From assembly GCA_964016885.1 (NCBI GenBank), contig OZ024740.1, forward strand, positions 311,116,001-311,180,000: DNA of 64,000 nt, read 5' to 3'. Position 1 is the stretch's first letter, and each line of letters starts with the position of its first letter. Under the pieces are notes generated by a model that saw nothing but the letters and a program-made list of their open reading frames with translations, searched no databases and had not been told where the DNA came from. A program made the translations under genes and the position numbers. Positions 54,104 through 64,000 of the stretch are shown piece after piece. The DNA comes from Eledone cirrhosa (Eukaryota).

Positions 54104-54669
54104 TTAATGATTAATAATTAATTTAATTAGACAATTCTATTGATTGGTTAAGTATTTATGTTTGTTTAATAACGTCTGGTCGAGAGCTTTATTCGGTTTG
54201 TGGAAAGGAATTTATTCCTTTGTTCAACATTTGAATTTCGACCGCCAAAACCGGGGGTTACTTCCCTTTGAAAAAACCACGTGACCGCCAGCAGTTTTAC
54301 TGCTATAATTCACACCCGACCGCGGCATTGAACTGTTGAGAAAGTGAACCCTCTGTTCGATCACCCCACACCAGTAACTTAATACCGCGCAAGTGGATTT
54401 GTTGATTTCGGTTTCACAGAAACCTACCAGAGATATTGCATAATATCGACGGGATGGTCCAGGTTTGTCAAATTATCCTGAGTTGGTTTTCTCGTTGCTT
54501 TGGTGCTTGCGGCTGACTCACCGGTCGCAATCTTCAATTTGTCAAGCTGTCTAAACGTAATGTTATTACTCTAAGGTAAAACTACCTTATTGAATGTCTA
54601 GCTATACATTCCGGATTGCATTCGTTAGCATGGCCGCAGCCAGAGCTTCGATTCTACTGAACTTCCATT

Positions 54670-54725
<56 letters not shown>

Positions 54726-54909
54726 ATTCCACCTGGTTGTGGTGGGGCTGATAACGTTGTCAGAACCCAATGTGTCCTTGGAAAGATGATTGCAGTGAGA
54801 TTAGGTGGTGGTGTGCCCAGTAGTTTTTGTAGCATGAGATCACCTCTTAAGGTTTCCTCGAAGAATATCCGCTTGGTTACAGAGTCATTTACATATACGT
54901 GTTTGTGCA

Positions 54910-55270
54910 TAGAACAAACGAAAGAAGACAGAGGTCAGAGGTAGGTAGTTAATTATTTCATTGTTTTACAATTGTTTCAGAGGGTTGACTGATCCTGGAA
55001 CATCGATGTATCGATTAGCATGGTAGTGGTTAGGCTACTACCTATTTCTAGTTTCTAAATTCCTGTTCGTGTTTAAAACGAAGTGGTGCCAATAACTGTT
55101 TGAACACAGCTGCCATGTCATATAATGCCTCTTAGTTGTCAGAATTTTGAAATTGTTTAGACTTTTCGACCATCGATCTTCCAAGATCAATCGACCCTCT
55201 GAAACGATCGTAAAATAATGAACTAATTAACTACCTAGCTCTGACTTCTGGCTTTCTTTTCGTTGTTCTA
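54910..55270. repeat. Diverged ~100-bp inverted repeats carrying hammerhead 3' halves
   Basis: 54910-55008 versus 55171-55270, containing GAAAC-GATC-GTA and GAAAC-AATT-GTA. The spacer 55066-55170 is homologous to 52565-52670. Confidence 0.65.
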
Positions 55271-55354
55271 TACACACACACATATATATATATATATGGG
55301 ATAACAAGTTATCGTTATAGGTAATCCAGTTAGAGATTGTGAGAACTCTGCGTC

Positions 55355-57770
55355 GTGGATAGTTTTAACGTACGGCTTTGTTTGACTCAACAACATGCTT
55401 CCATAGTTATGCAGCAAGTTCGCGGTAATTTCTATGCAGGTTATACTTGGAGTAAGAATAACTTCATCCGTCGAATCCGATGGAAGGCCTACCATTATAA
55501 CAAAGGACACGCTAATAACACGGAGGAATTTACTACGGAAAAATACAGATTCAAATCCTGCAAACATCCACCAAATAACCCCCAGCTCGATGCCTTCGAA
55601 CTCGACCTCATGAACATGATAAGTGGAACTAAATTCAAGAAACGGACACATCACAACAAATTGCAAAACGACATCAATGCACTACTAAAAAAACTACGCA
55701 ACACCAACGGTATTATAGTAAAGGCAGACAAAACATCAAACGTATACACCATGAGCCTCAATACATACAATAATTTTATACGCCGGAAATTGCACAAAAA
55801 ATACAAAAAAACAATAGAATCTGCACTCACTAACATTAATAAGGAAGGACTTAGCATAGTAAAAAAACTGAAAATATCTAATAGAACCGAGCCTCTAACA
55901 CCTTGTAACCCCACATTTAACCTAAAGGATGACATAAATAATTTCGAAATAGACCCCACAATTAGATTAATATGACCATCTAAGTCGGATATCCGTAGAA
56001 TTAGCAAGTATATACTAGATAGAGTAATCGCACAAATTAAGGACAAACTAGTAATTAAGCTATGGGGTAACACTAACGAAGCAATAGACTGGTTCAGCAA
56101 AATAAACAGTAGAGAAACATCTAACTTCGTACAATTCGATATTAATAACTACTACTCATCCATATCCCCAGTCACCCTGGGTAAAGCGTTAACCTTTGCC
56201 CAGAAAAATTCTGATCTTACATCGCACGAAATTAAAATAATACTAGCTGCTAGAAGGACTATCATTAGATTCGAAAATAGTTACTGGGAACGAAAGAACA
56301 GACAGCATAGCTTCGATATCACAATGGGCTCTAATGAGTCAGCGCAGGTACAGGACCTGGTGTGAATATATATAGCACACAACTTGCATAAGGAATTCAA
56401 TAACCTCCAAGGAGGAATTTACAGAGACGTTACACTCCTTCTAGCCAAAAACTTAAATAATCAGAACATGGAAAGATTACGAAAAAACATTAGAGTATTC
56501 TTCAAAAAGCTAGGCCTAGATATCACTTTCGAACTTAACTCTAAAAAAGCAAATTTCTTAGATGTAACTGTCAACCTAAACACAGGATTAATAGAGCCCT
56601 TCCATAAGAATAACGAAAATCTAGCCTACATTAGTTATAACTCAAACCACCCTCGATCCATAATTAACTCCATAGCACATAGTATATCCCTCAGAATATC
56701 CCGCCTATCTTCGAACCTAGAAATTTTTAACGAACACGCAAACTATTATAACATAGCTTTACATAAGGCTGGACATAAGGAGAAGCTGGAATACATACTA
56801 GATAGAGACAACAACAACAAACCTAACGACAACAACACTACCCACTCATATAGAAATAACAAGCTTAGGACTAAGCATAAAATTAGACAACGAGCACCAA
56901 AAATAACCGAACAGAATACTAATATAAGGACCCCCCAAAACTATGGAAGATCCAGAGATAGAAAGTACCTATAGTTCAATCCAATATTCAACTCTTCTAT
57001 AAAAACTAAACTACCTTCTACATTCTTTAAACTAATAGATAAGCACTTCCCTACACTACACAAATACCACAAAATCTTCAATAGAAAAACTATAAAACTT
57101 TCCTACTCTACCGCAGCCAACATAGAATCGCACATACGTAAGATCAACCACAAAAATATCTCTAAATAAATTAACCTACCAACACGCACCATAACACCAA
57201 ATACAAAACACAAACACACAACAACATCACAACCACAAACGCATCAGAACGCATCTCAACAAAACATTAATAGGCCTAAATCACAACCCACCCACAACAA
57301 CTTACAACACCACAACGATGAACCTGCACAAAATAAAACCTCAAATTGTAATTGCCCCTACCGGATAAGTGCCCACTACGGAATAGATGCCTGGAATCGA
57401 GTATGGCATACTGTGTACTGTGAATTCAGGCAATTCTACTTAGCACTACATAGGTTCCACGTCTGGGGAGTTCAAGAAAAGGCGGTACGTCCACAGACAC
57501 TCCATGAAGAACCTTGCACTGGAGAACTCTACGACGCTCGCCAATAAAATCTGGCAGCTTAAGGAGAAAAACCTAGAATATAAAATTAGCTGGTCAAAAT
57601 TATCGGTAGCAAAAGCCTTCAGCGACGGTATGTCCCACTGCGGGCTTTGTAATTTAGAACTACTACATATTTTAAGGTACGATCGGATGCTGCTTAACAG
57701 CAAAATAGCAAGATCTATTTTCTGTAGACATAAAATAGCTACTAGATTCACAAACTTCAAACCACCATGA
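55355..57770 (+). pseudogene. PLE polyprotein (RT, Cys linker, GIY-YIG), inactivated
   Basis: RIRWKA, VKADKT, FVQFDI, FDITMGS, YRDV (YRDD mutated), FLDV, SNHP, CNC, YIGST, CGLC, CRHK. In-frame stops at 55973, 56363, 56972 and 57167, plus a frameshift near 57360. Confidence 0.88.
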
Positions 57771-58395
57771 TTTGAACCAGCAATCCCAAAATTAGAACTG
57801 AACCATTTAGATTTCAACATACCATCGCACTGCAATTAGCTATCAAACGGCCAACTGGTCACTGGATTATAAATCTCTGAACATTTCTTTCACTCTCTCT
57901 CCCTGAAACAGCATCAACCCTATTAAGATAGAACAATCAACAAAACATTTACAACAAGCGTGTATCAAATGTCCCATCATCCTTAGCCCATAAATATCAT
58001 ACCTGTATCCACCAATTAATCTCTAATTTATTCTTTTCTTTTATCGGACCCCCTACACGTATCTATGTACATCTCGAATCTGGTTTCCCATGTTAGCACT
58101 AAACCTACCAACGAATCCTTATAATAACACTTACTCAAAAACTACTACTATATATTTACACGCTCTCACTTATTTATTTATTTATATTTTCCATTTTCTC
58201 ATTTTCTTATTTTTTACTTTTTACTTTTTACTTTTTACTTTTTACTTTTTACTTTTTACTTTTTACTTTTTACTTTTTACATCTGCAACTTCTCTACCTA
58301 TTTACCATACATGTTTTATTATTGATGTTATTATTTTTATTATACGGTACTTTTCTTTATAAGTCTTGCCTTGAGTGAATTACTTTCATATTTAC

Positions 58396-58506
58396 GTACT
58401 CTGATGTGTTGACCAGATGTAAATAATGTATTGGAGATCGAATGACGCAACCTCAAGCGATTAGCGAACTCTAGACTGAGCTGATCAACGAAACAATTGT
58501 CAGTAC
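58396..58506 (+). ncRNA. PLE-associated type I hammerhead (one core substitution)
   Basis: GTACT-CTGATGT-GTTGACCAG...CTGATCAAC-GAAAC-AATT-GTC-AGTAC, then AATAAA. Confidence 0.75.
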
Positions 58507-58555
58507 TTTAAATAAAGCCATTATTGTACAGCCAACCATGTTACTCTTCATTCTT

Positions 58556-58631
<76 letters not shown>

Positions 58632-60914
58632 GGTTAATGTGGAGTATGTAATTTATGATTGATGAGGGTTTCAGAAAGCCGATACAATACGATAGAAATA
58701 TAAAAAGGCAAAAGGATGACAATAAAACAAAATATATTAATGCTTTTCTAACCTACTTTATTTCAGCAAAATATTTCAGGGTTAATATCCTCTTTTGAAA
58801 TGCAAAACAAAAATGAACGATGCATTCTCTTAATTGGTTCAAGTGTCTGGATTGCGCATGCTTTTTCTGATCTATTGTTTATTTGTGGTTCTGTGCGTTA
58901 TCATTAATACCTCTTTAATTCTTAATTCCCCACATTCCTTTCTGTTGCTTCTGTGGTGAATCTGTGCATTGTATTTTAACGGTGAATTTGTGTATGCGGT
59001 GAGTGTCGGTTTAATTCGTCCCCAAGGTGCTGGCGGAACAGCAAAAGCAACACCACATGGAAATCGCTCAGTACATGCGGAACTGAGCAAAGCACAACCC
59101 ATACTTCATGACAACCCATGCTTCAGCACAACCCATACTTCATGACAACCATCATCACTGATAAAGAAACATGGTTTTGTGGTTACGACCCGGTAAAAGT
59201 GGTTCAGCTGCATGTCTCTCAGTGATCAATTTCTGAGACTATTGTCGTAGAGAAACTACATCCAAGGTCATCACCGCCCACTAATTTTGTGTTTCGATTT
59301 TTTTCTTCAACGAAAATTCATTTCTCATTGGTTATATGTTTCATGTTTCATAATATCAACTGGATTATTTCTCTTAAAAGAATTAACGATAATTAATGAA
59401 CACTGAATTTATTTTTAATCGGTTCATTTTTCTTTTATTTCCTTTATCATCGCAGACTTATTTTGTTTTCAGATAGTTCGATTTCTTTTCAGATCGTCTT
59501 TTGAAAAAGGCGTTGGGAAGGAATTTTAGAAAAAAGAATAACAGTGGTGGTACTAACACTTTATTATTTCCATAACCAAAATTGTTTAAGATATGTAATA
59601 AAGTATGTCGGTAAGCTATAGGTATAAATGAGTGGGAAGGTAATATCAGTCGTGTAAAATTTCATTTCATATTTCAACATATATCGGGAAATATTCGCTA
59701 TACAACAAAAACCTGGAATTGGTAGATATGCAGCTAGTAATATAATAATATATAGAAGTCTAGTTAATCCGATCAAGCTGTATACCTTTATTTTAAAGTC
59801 ATTAAGTGTGTATTTAGACCGGCATAATCAAATTCGTTGTACTTTTAAGCAAGCAGATACGTTTTTTGTAGTTGCTGGTGCGTTATGCTATATTTATATT
59901 ATTCCGTATAAATTGTTGAACGTTATGATTCTAATTGATTGATGTGTATTTGTTACTGATGAATGAATTGTTATTGATTTTCTTTATTTTACTTGCGGAT
60001 TATACCACTTTTAGATGTACTTTTAAGATCTAATACCATGTAATCCCCGTACACTTGTAATTTGAGCTTTTATAGTAATTAATTTACTAAAATAAATTAC
60101 AAATCACGTCTAAAACAGAACGAAAATTGTACTTTTATCAGCAATAATCATATATATCTTAAATTGTGCTACCATAATCTGACAGGCTCTAATATACTTG
60201 CAATGTTCTGAAACCGTTTTGATGAAGGCTTTTAGCTGTTTAAAAATGTCTTAGAACTAATCCGCTGCACTTCACACTGTATAAACATGGGCTGTGCAAA
60301 ACAGTGCCCTGTGTATTGTCTGGTCTATTGCTCTTTACGATTGTTTTAATTGAAAAATATATGATTGGAAATTTATTAACGAAATTTTACGAATTCATTT
60401 TTGTAGCCACTGAATCTGGAAACTGGCAATGTGGTTTCAATCAAATTAAAAAGGTGCTGTTTTCTCTGCCATTACCATTGGTGACATGTATCTGAACTAA
60501 GTTCACAGACTGTGTGTATGTGTGATTTTATATTTGTGTGGCTAGTGTCGTAAACATGATATATTTTGGATGATGTTAAACTGGCTTTTTGCATGTTGTA
60601 GGATTTATGGTTACGACTTAGAAATTAGGGTTCGGTTTAGAATTAAGGTTAAACTGATAAAAGGGGGATTGAAAAGAATATCTAAGGCATAGAAATCCAA
60701 AGAAATTGGTTTTTAATACATATATGTGTGGGGGGGGGGGGGGTAATGTGTGTGTGTTGTACATCGATATACATTACATATGCATTGTGTATATATTTAA
60801 AATATGTTGACAGGATTATCATGGATTTAATACATTTGTATTCTTTTCTAATAAAGCGGGTTATTGAAATGCAATTCAAATTTTAAGAAGCAGAAATGAA
60901 CTGACAAAACACTT

Positions 60915-61330
60915 ACCTATAGTCATGAATCTTGGGTAATGAGCAAAAGAATACGATCGCGAATGCAAGCGACCGAAATGGGGTCCCTCCGAAGGGTCTT
61001 TGGAGTAACGTTACTCGATAGAGTGCGTAGCTCGGAGATCAGAAAGTCACTCCATGTAGACCCGCTACTTCTCCGAATTGAGAGATCACAACTCCGATAC
61101 TATGGGCTGGTGGTTAGAATGTCTCAGGAAATAATCGCTGGACAAATTTTACGGGTAAAACCAACCGGCAGGAGACCCAGGGGTAAACCCCGAGCAAGAT
61201 GGTTGGATAATATCCATGAGCTTGGCTGATCAAGCTTGGGGATTCAGCTGGATCTGTTGGAGACGGTTGCTTCTGACAGGACCCGCAGGAAGGAGTGTTT
61301 GAGGACTCTACTCCACGACCCTCTCAGATA
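60915..61330 (+). mobile_element. RTE-clade LINE 3' fragment
   Basis: Peptides MQATEMGSLRR, RIERSQLRYYGLVVRM and GRRPRGKPRARWLD. Confidence 0.8.
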
Positions 61331-61877
61331 ATAAATTTATACAGAGTTATCATGATTGTCATTCAAAGGTTTTTCCAGCAAATATTCTTTACCCGGAAAC
61401 ACTGAGTATGAATCTACTTTAGGAATACATTAATTCTTTTATATATAAATAGATTACGGGAAATGCAGTAGGAAACCTTTCAAAGTCAATAGCACTTAGA
61501 ATGGTATGTGGGATATTTTTTACATTAGGGGAACTCGCATGTATCTTCAGTGTAAGATTTGTGAGTAGGAGGATAATTACTTTGTTTAAGGTTTATATGA
61601 AATAGTAACTAAGGAAATTTCATATGGATGCCTCCTGCAAGATGAACATAGTGCTGAGTGGAATAGGAGTAACATGGTAGTGTAGTACGCCAAAATTGAT
61701 TTTAAATAATTATAATTTTTCCATATATAGAGAAAAGTACAACCGATCACTTTAATTAACAGTTTTTCTCCAATTCTCTCGTAAACAGCCATATTGTTAA
61801 ACTTGCTTGACAAGTACTGCTGCGTTTTGGCTTGTATCAATAACGTGTAGTAATATAAAATAAGTACTATATATGTG

Positions 61878-63078
61878 TATTATATTACATTGCATTATAT
61901 TATATTATATTATATTATATTATATTATATTATATTATATTATATTATATTATATTATATTATATTATATTATATTACATTGCATTATATTATATTATAT
62001 TATATTATATGATATTATATTATATTATATTATATTATATTATATTATATTATATTATATTATATTATATTATATTATATTATATTATATTATATTATAT
62101 TATATTATATTACATTGCATTATATTATATTATATTATATTATATGATATTATATTATATTATATTATATTATATTATATTATATTATATTATATTATAT
62201 TATATTATATTATATTATATTATATTATATTATATTATATTATATTATATTACATTGCATTATATTATATTATATTATATTATATTATATTATATTATAT
62301 TATATTATATTATATTATATTACATTGCATTATATTATATTATATTATATTATATTATATTATATTATATTATATTATATTACATTGCATTATATTATAT
62401 TATATTATATTATATTATATTATATTATATTATATTATATTATATTATATTACATTGCATTATATTATATTATATTATATTATATTATATTATATTACAT
62501 TGCATTATATTATATTATATTATATTATATTATATTATATTATATTATATTATATTATATTATATTACATTGCATTATATTATATTATATTATATTATAT
62601 TATATTATATTATATTACATTGCATTATATTATATTATATTATATTATATTATATTATATTATATTATATTATATTATATTATATTATATTATATTACAT
62701 TGCATTATATTATATTATATTATATTATATTATATTATATTATATTATATTATATTATATTATATTATATTATATTACATTGCATTATATTATATTATAT
62801 TATATTATATTATATTATATTATATTACATTGCATTATATTATATTATATTATATTATATTATATTATATTATATTATATTATATTATATTATATTATAT
62901 TATATTATATTATATTATATTATATTATATTATATTATATTACATTGCATTATATTATATTATATTATATTATATTATATTATATTATATTATATTATAT
63001 TATATTATATTATATTATATTATATTATATTATATTATATTATATTATATTACATTGCATTATATTATATTATATTAT
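61878..63078. repeat. ~1.2-kb (TATAT)n pentanucleotide satellite with recurring TACATTGCAT variants
   Basis: Direct reading. Confidence 0.95.
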
Positions 63079-63240
63079 GGTGGATTGGCTATGCTTTGCA
63101 ACATTGAATTACAGCCCTTTACGGTCTGAGTTCAAATCCAGCCGAGGTTAACTTTGCCTTATGGGGTCGATAAAATAAAGTACAAGTAATGCACTGGGAT
63201 AATTGCTGGCCTTGTGCCAAAAGTAGAAAGAATTATATTA
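63078..63240 (+). mobile_element. SINE family A (deleted variant)
   Basis: GGTGGATTGGC...GAGTTCAAATCC...CTTGTGCCAAAAGTAGAAAG. Confidence 0.8.
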
Positions 63241-64000
63241 TATTACACTATATTATATTATAATATAATATAATATAATATAATATAATATATATATATT
63301 ATGTTATATTAAAGTGTTTCATATTGTTAGTTGAATGTGGATATTTCTAGTGTGTTCTCTGTCATTAGTTTTTGAATGCCATTTGTGACATCTATAAACT
63401 GTATGTATGATACGGAAACCTCTACAGAAGTTTTTTACCTTTCATTTTTTGTCATTTTTTTGTTGTAATTGAAATATTATTTCATAAACTATCACAATTT
63501 GAATGTTGTATTGGTAAACAATGGAAAGCTGCATTAACGCTTTACAATATATACTTTTTTGTAACTCTTAAGTTCAATTCCTACCTGGATTGAATTTACC
63601 CTTAATCAATCTGGAATAGAGAAAAAACATTCAGCAGTAAGATTCTGGCGTTGACTCAACGTATTACGCCATTTGCATTTTATAAAAATTGGCCAGTGAA
63701 AAGAAATCAATTTAATATTAGTTGTCGTTGTGCTTATTCTTGTGGATCGAGTTGGTAATAACTTGTGTTTTTTTAGTGACGCTGTTTGTTTCTTTATTGT
63801 TGAATTCTGCAAAACACTTTTTTCGCCACATTATTGGAATTTATTCATTTCACGAAAAAAAGGAAAAAATCATAAAGCGTTTTTCACTGAACTGGAAAAC
63901 CGACGTCCTTTACGTGTTTGCACGCATTGATTGATACACAAAACGAAAAGAAACAAAAATTAAAAATAGACATTTCTGCAGTTCCATAAACGGTATCTTT

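Larger units (their letters stand above)
55290..58560 (+). mobile_element. Near full-length Penelope-like retroelement between (TA)n tracts
   Basis: RT plus C-terminal GIY-YIG pseudogene, followed by a 3' non-coding region with hammerhead and AATAAA. Confidence 0.9.

Noticed and set aside
55973-56365. In-frame TGA codons in the PLE as possible selenocysteine recoding (as reported for some Naiad PLEs)
   Set aside because: The second TGA falls at an expected Gly (DLVG). The frame also has TAG and TAA stops, a frameshift and a mutated YRDD, so ordinary decay explains it.
60395-60495. Possible host exon after TTTTTGTAG acceptor
   Set aside because: Short, no recognisable protein and no convincing donor. 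RNA-seq would be needed.
61873-63151. Long ORFs (418, 380 and 260 aa)
   Set aside because: They are translations of the pentamer satellite.

Overview
AT-rich eukaryotic genomic DNA with no host gene exon I can support. It is made almost entirely of microsatellites and transposable elements. The repeat types suggest a cephalopod (Octopus-like) genome; this is inference. Main contents: (1) A near-intact ~6 kb L1/Tx1-clade LINE (24895-30900) with ORF1 and an APE-RT-zinc finger ORF2 broken by one nonsense codon. It is inserted in the (ATT)n linker of a SINE dimer, and an empty version of that dimer lies ~4 kb upstream in inverted orientation. (2) Many copies of a tRNA-derived SINE whose 3' end matches the 3' end of that LINE. 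(3) Several Penelope-like elements (PLEs; RT + GIY-YIG), one near full length with a 3' hammerhead. (4) Most notably, a dense set of ORF-less elements inserted in (TA)n. They carry type I hammerhead ribozyme motifs and show tandem-plus-inverted or palindromic architecture, with units of about 508, 536 and 594 bp. They look like large, PLE-mobilised, retrozyme-like RNAs. (5) An R4/Dong remnant inside which a 20-bp minisatellite expanded from a coding motif. (6) Remnants of mariner, Helitron, RTE and CR1 elements. All folds, alignments and translations outside the supplied ORF track were done by eye; boundaries of decayed elements are approximate.
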